Positions 35,301-48,938 of a stretch of 64,000 bases of DNA are shown here, piece by piece (position 1 is the stretch's first letter; each line of letters opens with the position of its first letter). This DNA comes from Anthoceros angustus (taxonomy: Eukaryota; Plantae; Anthocerotophyta), in assembly GCA_010909165.1 (NCBI GenBank), contig MU008153.1:744001-808000 (forward strand), written 5' to 3'. The translations under genes were made by a program, and so were the position numbers. The notes under the pieces are model-generated. The model saw only the letters and a program-made list of their open reading frames with translations. It did not search any database and was not told where the DNA came from.

Positions 35301-38300
35301 ATGTCCTTCAGCCGCCTGTATGCCCCTATGCTCTTCAGGACCCGAGTTATACTCTTTCACATTGGCACTTCCTATCATATACCGCATTTCTGGTTCTGTG
35401 CCTTCACGATCATCCTTGACAGTAAACCTTTCAAGGGTAGCCATTATATTCGCTTCGCCAGCACTATTTGCCTTGTAAGCAGCCCATGCTCCACTCACCT
35501 GGCACAGGATCAAACGTGAGCCTAAGGATGCAACCTTTGCGTTGATTATTCCTCGTGCAAACACATCAAGCAGGAGTTCCTGAGATTGATTGGCCCTCTA
35601 TAAACAGGACATGTGCGGCCTACTATCAGCATGTGGAAGCTAAGCAGATTCCGCAACACCCCATATTAATCAATTCTCGTGTAAACAGCAAGCAAAAATT
35701 CCTGAAATGGTTTGGACATCTATAAACAAAACCTGTGACCTCCTACCAGCACACCGAAGCTAAGCAGATTCCGCAATAGCCTGGTCAGAAAGAGATTCAG
35801 CATTGTCAAGATTGGGTATAGAAGTAGCCACACCAACCTGGAGAGAAGCAAGAGCAGCGTCTCTAGTGCCTCCACTGTACAATCCCAGTTCCACTAGTTG
35901 TATGCCAACTGCTACCTTAACTGTGGTCCACACAGACTCCTCACCACCATCATTTTGTGGCAAGGGCTGGGATTGCTCATCTGGTGCCGTCCTATTCTCT
36001 GTGGTCACATTTTTCTCATCGTCTTCAGACTTATGTTCCACCACAGGAGGAGGAAGATTTGGAGTTTCACCAAAGTTGGTCACGGCACATTCTGTAATAA
36101 CTTGATACTCCCTGTCTGATAGGGCGGCTTTGAGTTGCTCTAGCTGCATCCACATACCAGAGGTATGCAACAACATGTTTAAGTTCAAAGATGACAGGAC
36201 ATAAGACTATTCTGCAAACTGTTTACTCCAAGCATTCTGACCTTGATGGTCATTTCAATTCCTGGAATCTTGTGCCAAAGATCCCGGAGCGGACGTCTCA
36301 AAAGTAAGGATAATCCTTTCGCTTCTTGGATTATACCTTCACCACTCTTCCCACCGACTCCAACAACTAGATGTAAATCCTCCACCTGGAGCAGGAATGT
36401 CAGCTCTCAAGTTCATCCCCAGTACATAGACGTCATTTTTCCTTCAAAAGCAATGCATAGCCCAAACCAAGCTTTGAAACAAGCCAACCAAGCAACCTGC
36501 AGTGACATTGTATCCAGCCGGACAGCTCCCAGGTCATCTTTATTTCCACCCAACCAGTCGAAGTTGTTCTTCACATTGATGTGCAAAATATCCAACTCCA
36601 AAAAGCTGTGAGCACACTAGCTGTGTTAGCTCCAAATTATGATCATAAGCGTACAAACTGGCTTCACATAACTGCTCACAAAAAGAGAAGTCAAGAAGCT
36701 GACATACTCGTGACTGTGAGTCGCCCTAGGCATTATAATGATGGGTTTGCTGAGGCTGATATCCAGCTTCAGCGCAGGAGACCCCTCAATTTCAGACTGA
36801 GTAAACAGTTTTTCCACGTTGGTCACTTTATCTTTGAGCTTCACAACATATCCAGCATTTTGTGGAACAAGGCCCATGAAATAGGCAGAAAGCTGCAATA
36901 GCCCAACATGTCCAACTTCAACTTCCAATTCATCACAAATCTGGTACATTGAAACCTACACCTTGCATGCTTACAGCGTAGCAGGCCTCTGAACCATTAA
37001 GAGCAGTCTGGCATATGGCGAAGTGGAGACAGACAGGGAACGTGACCAACCTCTTGAATAAACCGATTCAGATACACAAATCGCACTTCTGATAGCTTTC
37101 CCACGAGACTATATTCATACCCTTGATAATCATCGTCATCAGCATTAAATGACGTGAATGCTAGCTGAATAGAGAGAGTACAAACGTGTGAGTCAGCAAC
37201 AAAAATCAAACCCTGGCAGGAACATTCTCTGAAAACCAACTCGAAAAAAGGCACAACATACAACACCACGTTGCTACCTCTATGAATGATGAACCACCTG
37301 GGTTCCGCATGTCACAGATATATGAATAGGGATGATCATCTGGAAGATTGTCATCACTGATTTGCAGATTCCCAAGTGCAGCTGTGATAGCATAAGATGC
37401 TGGGAAGATCTGGCAAAAAAAACCAATAAATCAGCTACTCTCCGACATCATTTAGAAAACTATGTCTTGTAAATAACAACCTCAACAATAAGAGAACACC
37501 AACGCTCCACTCTCTCCAACTTTCCAGATGGTTAAGTCTAGGACGAAACATGCATATACAGAAAGCACATACCTTGACCTCTGTATGCAGCTCTTCCTGT
37601 GATAAGGTGGCCAGCTGAGCTCCATCCTCCAAGTTCAACACAATTTGGGCACGATCCATTTGTAAAACCAGAAGAAAAACCACACGGTCTTTCCCCTTAC
37701 CAAGCAGGCCTTTCACTATTGAATCATTACGGCCAAACTTCGCATCTCCCTTTTCATCTACTGCAGATGGATCAATCATAGTCACCAGGTCATCTGACTT
37801 CGGTGTGGACTCTACTTGAGCTGCTGATTCATTGTCTGTACCAACTTCAGCTGTTACTGCAGAAACGAGATCCAACATTGCTAGTAGAGTACGCCGATTG
37901 CAGAAGAACGACAGTGTCGTCAGCGATAGGCGCACCTGCAAAGCCATCACAACCATAAGCAGACTTTCATAAAAATGAACTCAACGTCCCATTGAAGAAC
38001 GCGATACTGCAGGATACTAATCATTAAGCTCTGCAATAGAAAGTGGATTGCTGCTCACCTCTTTATCAATATTTCGGTAATACGGCGAGTCAGGGGAGGA
38101 AAATATCATTTGGGCCTTGACAAAATTTTCCAGTCCTCCTTCATGTGATCCACCATAGTGTCCATTTCCATCATTTGACACTGGTAGCAAGTCTGGCTCA
38201 TGATCAAAGCTTGGCGGCTCTGTTCCATTCAGTTTCCCTTCATTACTGAACTCGTCAGCATCAAAGAACCTGCCTGAGGAACCTCTAGACCTCCTAGACC

Positions 38301-41300
38301 CCCGTCCCGAGAAGTCGCTATCTGAATCACCAAGCTCCTCCGCAGCATCGAAGAACCTGTCATCTTCCCCCTCTTTCTCCCTGATGAGCTTCCTGCTGTA
38401 ACCACTTCCCTTCCCACTCCTACCATTGGCAATCAACTTTCTCTTTTTGGACAGAGTCTTTTTGGGAGACGTGATACAAGAGCGTGCCAGATACTGCAGT
38501 GAAGGATGTGAGCCACCAAAAAGCTGGTCTTCCAGCTCTAAGGATTGCAGGACAGCTCCCAGGGTCATATCATATTGACGCATCACAAACTCCACCTACA
38601 AACAGCATGATAAAGCAAGCACCTTAATTCAAGCACACCATCTAGAAGCTACCTCCAGTGACCATACGTCACACTTTGGAGATATTTAGGAACACATCTT
38701 GCACAACCATACCTTGCTACCCAGAGCACGAAACACCACAACTGGCAGCTCCCTGTCAAGCAAAAATTGCTTTGATGAGTAGTCTCTCTGCACGGTATCA
38801 ACCCAAGCATCAATACTGACTGATGAGGAACTGGTGAGCATCAATACTACTAGGCATTCATTGACCTGAGACTTAATAACATAGCAAGGGACTAGCTCTC
38901 ACCCCTTGGCTGTTGCTGACAATAATCTTCAGCTCGTCCAGTGCCCCTGTTAAGTAGAAACTTTCAAGCTCTGCAGGATTTGCTTGACTCTTTCCATTTG
39001 AAGCACTCAGCACCGCGTCTTTTGGAGAATCCTCCTTTTCTCCCTGCCCTTGGACCAGACCTGCAACTGCAGCAGGAGCCTGCTCACAAGTTGCGGGTAA
39101 CAATCAGGGAGAAGTTCTCTCTTTCTGCAAGGTTTGCAGAACACTTTGTACACAAAATCCCTCAAATCAGATCGCAGACACCAATTCAGAACACAGCTTA
39201 CTGATGACTGAAAAATGGCGCTTTTGATCCGGCTTTGCCAACTATTGAAAGCCTCATCATCATCTAACCGCAAAAGCAAGGCATTTGCAGACTCGGCAAC
39301 CTGATGGAACAAAATCAAGAGGGTGACAGCTTGCATATTAGATTAAAAAGACATTATCAGTTACCAAAGTGCATGGGACCAACCAATATACCTTGCTGTT
39401 AAACTGGCCTGCATCACATATTGCCAGCACGTACTGTACTCCTCCAACAGCTTCAGGAGGGACAGGGAAGACTTGTTTGCCAATCAAACTACACAAAAGG
39501 AAAAGGAAGGATCAGTTCAGAAATTCGAAAGGCATGCAGGTGAACTCCCACACTACAAAGTCACGACCCTGTGCCAGATGATATACTGTTGCGACCATTT
39601 AAATGACAACTCAGCAAACAGCTAAGTTTGGTGTGTTCAGATCCACTGCATTAACTCATGGCTTCCTATTACTCACCTGTAACACACTTGGTACGACTTG
39701 GCAGATGGTGCTTCCAGAAGGTATAGGAAAGGACCCGCTAAAGCAGCATACCTATGCTGCCAAACAGCTTCTCTGTGCCCAACGCCCTGCAGTGACACAG
39801 GTTGAATGAGAACATCTGCCAGAACATGTCAGAGAGGATGTCCTAATAACCGAGGCAGCGACTTTGACATACCTTCCAGGCCAAGACAGCCACAGACCCC
39901 TCAAAATCAGCTGGTTCCCAGGGACGAATGGAAGAAGCATCTTCCTCCGATGCAAGATTCTGAAAAACTTTCAAAACTTGTAACAGTCGGTGATAGCGTG
40001 CTGGAGAAAACTGGAAACCGAGGGAGGGCACTCGCAAAGCTACACGAGTTGACGGAAATTGTGGATGAGGGGCACAGATCTGCTCATATTAACCGGTTAC
40101 AACAGTCTCCCATAAGTACATTCTCAGCATGGCTAAAAACAACAAGACTGAGGAAGATTGCTCATCCCAGTCATGGCCTCTACACACTGTAGAAGGTACC
40201 TGGTGGAAAGATAAGGCCATCCCACACTTCTCAAGGACTGGGAGGAATGCCCCACTGCCCTTGGAACTTCCATCCCAGCGCCTGCCCTCACCATCCCAGT
40301 CGTAGTCACCGTCGACTATGAATGCTGACACATCACTTAGGTTAATTCTAAATCGCATGTACAGGTCAACCTCCTCCGCACCGCCCTGGAGACCAAATGT
40401 CAATACTTGACACTCAGCAGTGACAAACAAACTGTAAAAATTAACCTTCACATGAGATGCTTTCAAGCACTTACATCGCTGGGATCCGTGCGAAGAGTGA
40501 GATAACCAAAATCCAGGAGTAGCTTGGTCTGTCTTACGCCATCAGGGTAAAAATCTGCAGGGACTGTGACTTTCGGTGCAGCAATATTTAGATCAAGCGA
40601 AAACCTGAAGGAAAACAATGCAGACAATATTCAAGAAAGAACACAGTTGGCATCCAACATAGACATGAGACACACAATATAGTTGCAGATCATATGGCTT
40701 ATGCACCAGAGGAAGTAAGATCAATCCCACAAGCTCTCCCCCCACCAAGCCTACCTTGGCCTATCTTTCAAGGCTTCATTCAACTGTTGCTGAGCATTTC
40801 TTGCAACTTCATCCAAAGTCATCTGAGTACAAGATGAAAACACTCAGTAACATTGAAGGTGAACTGACCCAACAGACGTGTGGGCACTTTCAGAGTGGTT
40901 GACAACCCAAAACCTGTTCTTCATAGACATAAACCATAAGTTACACATGAACATACCTGAAGAGCAGCGGCCGTTTGCACAGCAACACTGCGACTGACAG
41001 CTCGGCTATTTTGGAAGAAAGCAATCACTTTGTCGACACTTTTCTTCAGAACCTGTTCATATCCAGTTCAGCACATCCCCGTGATCATGATGTGAACAAC
41101 GTTGTTTATTCAAATCTCTGGTACAATACGTACTGTCACATAGCATGGAGAAGCTGTTAGCTTGAGGCTCCAGTCAACATTCTCCCCCATCGGCTTGTAC
41201 GTGAACGTGGCCTCCAGGGCTCTAGAGCGTGTCCTACTCTGCATGCATCAGCAACAAAAGTGATACAAATGCATGTGCAAGTGCCTATCATATGAAAATT

Positions 41301-44265
41301 ACCAACGTAAGTAGCCATGCATGATGAATACGGACAACACATCAGACCATGTTGAACAACGGGGAAATGCAGGATATCCAATCAACAAAGTACCTCCGCA
41401 AGAATCCCTTCTGGAGAGCGGACTTGATAAGATTCTAGTTTTACACCAACAATCTTTGTCTCGGGATAAAGCTTTACACTGCACTGGAGGTCATCAGCTG
41501 AAAGCTCCACCAGGCATTCACCTCCAGCAGCCAGCAACTTTGTCGCATTGTGTTGCATCCGCACTTCTAACACAGTATGGAGCATGTCTGGAGAATCCTG
41601 CCCTGGAAGTAATGTGGAAGGCATACCCTCTTTATACCCAATCACTTGATTCAATTGCTTCCACTCCTCATCATTCAGACCCCTTACTGCACCTTCACTC
41701 TCATTCGATGAGCCACCCCTACATTTCCAAATGCACGTGCATGTGAGGTAACATTTTCAACTTTGTCCTATACAGTTTTTGTTGCAACCAGGCTTACCAG
41801 CCAAACCACCACCAACTTTTCTTTGACTGCCCTTGTGAGCTTGCATCTTGCGCCCTGGTACTGTCTACAAAACTATGGGCCAAAATCCTGCAACATGCCA
41901 CAGAATGAATCCAGATTGAGACAAGAAAAATTCAAGAAAATTTATCAGAAGTATCATCCATTTCCAGTATCACCCACAGAACTTGCCTCCACTGGATTAT
42001 TGTCTCACTTTCCAATTCTCGGTCAAGCTCCTGTATCTCCGAGTTATCATCACAAGTAGTCCGATCTGGATGGGCTTGTAGGCAGGAAACATACGCTGAT
42101 AGATACCGTTTTCGCAGCCGAGCGACCCGAAGAACATCCGGCCAGGACAACAGACCCCTGCAGATCCAAAATGATGTCAAACTACAAACCTCCTTTGGAA
42201 ACACTGAATACTGCATCAGACGGTTGACATCAGTCTAATAGGGACCATGTGCCAGCCTGAAGTCAAAGAAAAATCACAACCTTGCTCTTTTTTGCTGCTC
42301 AGCCACTGCTTTGAAGGCATAATTCCACCAGGCATTTCTATCTTCCTTGACAGTCGTCTTCGGCCGGAAATGGGCATATTGTACACGCTTGCTGAAAGCA
42401 GTTATATTCTCAGCAAGTTTCAAGCCATCTCGATATTGTGTCTGCAGATTAAGACATGTACATGACAGAATAAGGCACACTGAGAAACTGCATAGCATTT
42501 CTTCACAACAGGATGATCACCAGCAAGCTACCATCAGTCAAATAACTGGAAGAAACACACCAGAGTATCTCTAATCTGTACAGAATCCCACCTCCGAGAG
42601 ATTTAAGGTCACATCATCTAAAGTCACTTCTGCCTTCTGTAATGGTTTGTCAGGGGCTCTCTTATCCCTGCTCCCCAGTTTGTAATATCTTGCAGTCCCA
42701 GCAACTGGTTGGAGGAGGTAGTGGTGGTCCACCCCTTCTTTCAACTTGGTTAGAGTACCGATTCCATTAGTTTGACGCGGTTGTAGCTTGATACTTGGCT
42801 CAAAAATCTGCACAAGTAAGCAACTCTCAGAAACTCGTAGGCACCCCATTCCAAAACCTGAACAACCTCAGCAATCGTCCAGAATCCCACCTCACTCCAT
42901 TCTCCTGCAGAGAGTTCAGCCCAGGGCTTTTTTGGTTGCCAAGGAGGAGTATCAGGGTCAAAATAGAAAGCTAGCCGTTGTAGCTCCCCAGACTGCACAA
43001 CCCACATCTCATTAGGCCTGCAAGACCGGGCAGCTACCATACGGATAAACATTCTATTTCGATCAAATGCCTCGTCTTGAGCCTGACCTTTTGCACCCGA
43101 TCTAATGCTCCACCAGTAACAAAAGTCTCCTTCCCATTTTCATCTACTGTCACAGCCGCAAGCTTCTCCAATGTCATCCCAGCAGCAAAAGGGTGTCCAG
43201 GGTTGCTGAAATGAGAGGCCAATGCAGATACATGAGACAAAGTACCCTTCCCAAGCCATCTATGTCGTTGCTCAACCATTGCTGGTTAATAAGGCCACTG
43301 AATCTCCCCATAATGCAAAGGCTGATCCTAAATGTGTTACCTTTCACTGTCTTCATACCGAATGTGAATATTGGTTATAGACAGCTTCAGGTTACCAATA
43401 ATTGTGCCGATGAGAGACTCAATCCACGAACTATTCTGCAGGCAATAGAGCCTAATGTCAAATCCTACACACTGTCTAAGTTTCAAGAGAAAGATCAAAC
43501 GCAGAAGAAATGACAAAGGTCAGATGACGGCACCACTTCAGCCTTTGTAGCATTCTCCTGACGTTTTGCCTCCACATACTTCGTTTCAGCCTCCTGCAGT
43601 ACCCCAGCAACGGCAGCCACAATTTGAGAGAAGAAACGGAATCACCCCCGTATCAGAAACTCACAGTTCCTAATTCAAGGACACATTCTGGAAGAAAGTC
43701 ACTGCTGTACCTTGACTTGCTGAGTTTTGGCCTTTTGCACAGCTTCATCATCGCCACCTTCAATATTTGTTGCAGGCTCTGCCAGAAGGAATATCCGATC
43801 TAAAAACACAATGACAGGCTCCTGACCAAGTCGGCTCCATGGAACCTTCAAGTACCAGGAACAAGTACAAGAATCCACGATTTAGCACAACTGATGAATA
43901 AATCGTTAACAGCTGCACCTGAACTGGTGCCACTGCCCCAAATCAGCCAATCATCCAACAGATGAGCATTCTACCAACCTTCAACTTCACTGAGCCTAAA
44001 AACCCAGCTTTCACTTTGATCGGTAGCTTCAAGGCATTCAATGCCTCGGGCTTGAGCTGCATATTCGTGAGTTCCACATTTCCTGAATGACCAATCAGAG
44101 CACGGCATTAACCACTGAGCACCAAAAACCCTAGGCCAGAGGGCGAGGAATCGATCAGAATTCCGCACCTTGCCACACACTGATCTTCAACGCCTCCTTG
44201 GACAGCCCCTTGATGTAGTCACCAAGGTACCTCTCCAGGTAAGTGGCAGCTACTTCCTCCAACAT
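23379..44265 (-). CDS. VPS13: VPS13-family bridge-like lipid-transfer protein, plant multidomain (VPS13M-type), many short introns
   Basis: Chorein-N start MLEEVAATYLERYLGDYIKGLSKEALKISVWQG (ATG at 44265). Also: HPFAAGMTLEKL; FSLDLNIAAPKVTVP; a PH-like insert (~39200-39950); Vps62-like repeats (IWRP.AP.GY..LG) at ~32300-33700 and 23400-24100; a split dysferlin/Pex24-like motif (ENERYQPISGW, WEWTSDW...RRRRWVR); PYR/YRIENRT; and an ATG2-C-like region GDGLLQGTEALARG...KPIASAR. The exon count was not fully resolved. Confidence 0.95.
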
Positions 44266-45356
44266 GGTGCCAGAATTTAGTCACAAACCTCAGCAGCTCC
44301 CAAGCTAAACCCAAATTCCCTGCAGACCCACAAAAAATTCCCCGTCCTCACGCCTCCCAGGCCTGAAATTCCTCCTCCTACACCCCCGAATCCTACAGCC
44401 CACCAAACCCAACCCGATCCCCGCGTCCCCAGCTCCACTCCCGCAGCTGCAGACTGCCTTCTGGCGGCCTGGGCCGATCCAATTTCATCCCTGCAGTCCT
44501 GGATGCGCCTCCTACCTCCACCGGAATGCGGGTATCAAGTGCCTGGAGCGAGTCGGGAGCCCAGCTGGCCAAATTTTCCGCAGCTCCCGATAGGAGTGGG
44601 GAAGCGAGATGCAGCAGAGGAGAGAGGGCACGAAGGCGAATTCAACTTGCAGTCTGCCTTCATTTCATTGCATTCCACTCCGTTCCCACCGCTCACAAGC
44701 CCACCTGAAGTAGCAGAGCTGCCAGTGTTCCTAGCTTAAACCTCCTCCGGGGCTTGCAAGGTAAAACCCATATTGTAAAAGTCACGTTCGTTCCCCTTCA
44801 CCTGCAGCTCGGCTATTCGCTGGCGAGTCTGCGAGTTGTGAGCGCGACGCCAGATGGACAACACGTGGTGCCTGTAACCTGTCTTTCCATGGCGTGCAAC
44901 CACGTGTATAGATTGCAACATTTTGCTTCCCTGGAACCTGGGCTCGCTGGCATCCTACTTTGTGCATTACTTTACTACGAAGCAATTTCTGAAATACTTC
45001 ATCGTTTCCGACAACATCGGTCGCCGAGGCAGCACCTGATTGGACAAGGCTGTTGCCCAAACGTGTTCCTTCAGCTTAGGTCAAGAAACAAAACTTACCA
45101 ATTTGCGTATTGGGGCGATGTAATGAGTCTGCGTTGGGGAGACTATTCCGTCTTTGGCCCCTTCCAAGATGTATCCGGAAACGGTGCACTTTGAGATATA
45201 AGACTGAGACAAAGCATGGAATAAAGAGGAGACCTTAGAGGAGTCTGCTCTCATAGTGTGTTTTTGGTGTGTTTTGGTTTGCTATGTCTTTAGGCACATG
45301 ACAAATATCTAAGTTGCTCAGCGAACGTATTTGTTCCACTCCATGACTCCCTCACT

Positions 45357-45424
45357 AGGCATGGATTTCGAACCCGGATCTCTGCAATCACAACGCTCTT
45401 AACTTAACCACTAGGCCTCCTGCA
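45357..45424 (-). mobile_element. tRNA-derived SINE head or tRNA pseudogene
   Basis: The minus strand reads ggcctagtggttaag (A-box-like) ... gcgttgtgattgcagagatccgggttcgaaatcc (B-box GGTTCGA..CC). No convincing acceptor stem, so not a functional tRNA. Confidence 0.45.
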
Positions 45425-48020
45425 AATTGGACATAGTACAATTAGAACCCTTAGCCGATAGGGCTCTCTCTTAAGAAGTTGATGAATATCAAGGTTGCTC
45501 ACCGAGGGCCCTGAGAAGGTGATGGATATCAAGGTTGTCAGTCCAACTGATTGCACGAAGGGCTCGGTGAATGTAAGAGCCTGCATGGCACTGTTGTGGA
45601 AATTGAACAACAAACTGAGTCCTTTCTCTACTAGTAGTTATATCTTTCAAGTACGGTATGAGGTGCAAAATTGAAATTGGTCAGCTGCATCCTTGCAGTA
45701 ATCTTGGCATGCCAATGCTTATATCTAAAAATTCACTTGTGTTGGTGTGTGTAGCCTACCATCCATAATCTTCTCTCTGCACATTCTTCAATTCAAGTAT
45801 GTAGAACGATAGTTGGGCATCGTTAGCTACATGTTCGCAATTGATGAAAAAGAATTCAACTTAACGAGAGATCATGTGTGAGCGCGAAGGTGCTTCACAT
45901 GCATGGTTGCAAAGTGAGAGCCTACATTGAGAAGGAGCTTGACATACCCTTGTGAATTGTATTTCATGTAGCTCACATGTGCTTGTTTGCCCTTTCGTAC
46001 TGATTGTATCTTAGTGCAGAGCTTGTCCTGCCTAGAACCACAGTATATGTAGACGTACGCAAGTCGCCTCCACCTTTCACCTGCAGAGGTGCTTAGCACT
46101 ATAGTATCTACTTGTATTTCAATAACATGAACTACCTGCTTGCAGTCCTTCAACGAGCAGACGTGTGAGAGTTTTGTTCCGTGAAATGGCTAAATTTTCG
46201 AGAAAGTGTGGGCGATCAGGCTTTCTGCATCTAGTGCCAAGTTCCCAAGCTAATCAATGTCCAATTGAATGGCGACATCTAACTGCCTTGTTTTATGACT
46301 GTAACCTGGAATTGATGTTGGGTGTAAGCATGTAAATTACCCAGGTCATTGTAAAAGGAAGGATTCCTTGAAAATTCAAGCTCGAATTCCGTGCATGTGG
46401 CATCGTGTGCTAAATTGGTGGTGCTAGTTTCAACAAATGACAGAGCGGGCATAGCTGTCTAAGCACACCAATTACACTGCTTCCATTACTGCAATAGTGC
46501 CTTCTTTTGACACGTCCTATTCAAAGGAATTGCAGCAACGGCTTTTTACGCTTGCAGCTGCTACAAGTGGTAACATCTCCAGCTGAATCCATTTCTGTTG
46601 TTGCTTCCATTTTGCTGTGTGGTCACGCGGGAAAAGGCACGTACAATGCTTAAAACAAATTCATTGACTCAACAAGGTACGACATTTAAGTATGATTTAT
46701 AAAACAACTTTTTGTGCCAAAAAAGGTCAAAATATAGTCAGCAATATGCTGAGAAGATTATATTTTGAATGGAATTTAGACTTGCATCAAGTCTGGCTGT
46801 TGAAATTCACCAGATATTACTCACTTCCCCTCCCTCTGAGATCTGTTGACCCCTGCGCATAGTAAGCCTTTCAACCCTAAGAAAGGGCCTCAGTCGAGTA
46901 TCAATCCTAATTAGATTTCTAATTACATTACATACTGAATCTAGCTGAATTGAGTAATCTCAGTTCCAACTAACCATGTCGTGAACTAGAATCCTCAACC
47001 GCCTGAGCGCGATCTCCCAGTACCTTAGAAATCACTCAAGGTAACGTGCGTCCCTCTTCTTAGCGACAATGTTGATTTCGTCCAACCAACTCCTTAGTTT
47101 ATCCAACCTGTCGCAACCCTCAATGAACACACCGCCCGCCACCATCAGACCAAGAATGAAGGTCTTGTGAGGTTAGGAGATACTCAATGCCGCAGCAACC
47201 GCTCCAACGATTTATAAAATAACAATAATTTTATGGGAAACAACAAAACTGAAAGCGTGAATAAATGAAAACCGTTTCAGATTGCAAATTGCACGATTTT
47301 GAAAAACCTTTCTTTGTGGCACATGTATTTAGATAGAGACGTGTCTTCATTGCACATGTATGGACAAGGAAACAATAACCATTTACCAACCGAATACGAG
47401 CTGGGCAATATGGGATGGGGCTGCACAACGGAGGTTGCCCGAACAGTGGAGCTAATCCATTTTGAGACCTCCCTTCAAAGAGTGACATCCAGACTTGTGT
47501 TCATTGGAAACTCCATAGTTAAGTATTGAATTCATTGGAACTCCATAGTTAAATGTCCTTAGGACGGATCAATGTTTGGATGAGGTGCCACCTATCCCCA
47601 ACTTCATGGCCCTGCAAAACCACCTATTCTAAACATCATGCCCTCAAACATCGTCTCCGTAGTGTGCAGGGGCCCTCGGGTTGGGCCGCTAGTAGTGCCC
47701 TACGAGTTATTCTAATGAGAATTCGAGTGTGAGACTTTGATGTATACTTAATACTTTGAAAGGGGGGACATGAGATTTTATTATGAAAAAGAGATAGGAA
47801 ACCCATCTACCATACTTTGAAAAAGTTATAAAATCTTCAAACTTTTTAAAACCAATCTACATTTTTAAAGAATTCCTTGCATTGCTACCACCTTCAATTC
47901 AATTGAGACGCACGTAAAGTGGTAGCCGAAAAATAAGGTCTGCATCCACAGGGTCATGTTTATCGTGAGACCTTCCGCGGTAACTACACTATCATACACG
48001 ATCTCTTTCCAAATGGTTTC

Positions 48021-48261
48021 CAAATGGCTTAGGCCAAATGGACACACATTTATAAGAACGACGTCATTATTAAGCTTCCTGTGCTTGGATGGGTACTTAG
48101 ATGGGGTGCCCTTAGGGAATGTATGCCCTTGGTGGCTTAAGCACACCATGGTAAAAGTTGTAAGAACGAAGAGATTTGATGAGAGAGTTGTAAAAGTTGT
48201 AAGTATGTACCAAGTCCCATGACGGAAATCCGTTTCAATAAAATTTTTGTTCTTCTTCTTT
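48021..48261 (+). repeat. Dispersed repeat family with (CTT)n end, copy 1
   Basis: aatggcttaggccaaatg.acacacat.tataagaacg...ggtacttagatggggtgc...cacaccatgg...caagtcccatgac...ttcttcttc. Matches the reverse complement of 59286-59837. Confidence 0.75.
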
Positions 48262-48938
48262 CGACTCACGAGCTTGCTTCTTCTCGTGCATGCCGGGACC
48301 AAAAGCGGGAAGATGAGTGCCAGCCTCTGATGTCATGGTGCGCGGGGGCTCGGCTCGGCTCTGGGGCTGACGTAGCGTGCTTGCGAGCTGCAGGTGTGCG
48401 CAATTCTGTCCCAGTTATCACGTCTGTGGAGTGCAACTGTGTCTTTCTGTGGTGCGGTTCCGGCTGATTGAGCCGCACTGCACGCACCGCAGTCTGCGGG
48501 ATGCTCAGCTTATTAGGGCGGTGTGTTGCGAAGTTTCGATTTTCGTGATTCTCAATGCTTGATGGAACCCCGGCGGTGCAGGATTGAAGACATCCAGCAG
48601 AGGGGAGGGTGTGGCAAGGCATTGCAGGCGGATGATGTTGCAGGTGTGTTGTGTTTTGAGATAGAATCGGTGGAGTGGAGCTTAATTTCGAAGCAGGATG
48701 GCATCTGCGTGTGGCAGAACCTTTTGCGCTTCAGGTGCTACTGAGGCGCCAATTGGAGACCTGTGGTGCTGGTCGACTGGTGGCCATTGAGGCCCGATTT
48801 TGTAAGACTTCCTCGGGTCAGTGGAAGGTCGAGCTGACTGGTTGTTGAGGGCTTCAAGGGGTGCTTCGCTTGCGGAGAATTAGGTGGCGTGGGTTTGGAG
48901 GATTCTGCTCTGGAACTGGTTTTTCGACCACAGAAAAA

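Noticed and set aside
38820-38869. C/D-box snoRNA-like TGATGA...CTGA in a VPS13 intron
   Set aside because: Antisense to the host gene, only ~50 nt, and without a convincing terminal stem.
44754-46700. Divergent gene upstream of VPS13 (ORF 44754-45194 and scattered splice-like signals)
   Set aside because: No recognisable protein and no consistent exon chain. It cannot be supported without transcript data.
48449-48482. miR171-like hairpin (tgattgagccgc opposite ggtgcggttc)
   Set aside because: Only 12 nt match the miR171 5' end, and the stem and loop are far too short for a plant miRNA precursor.
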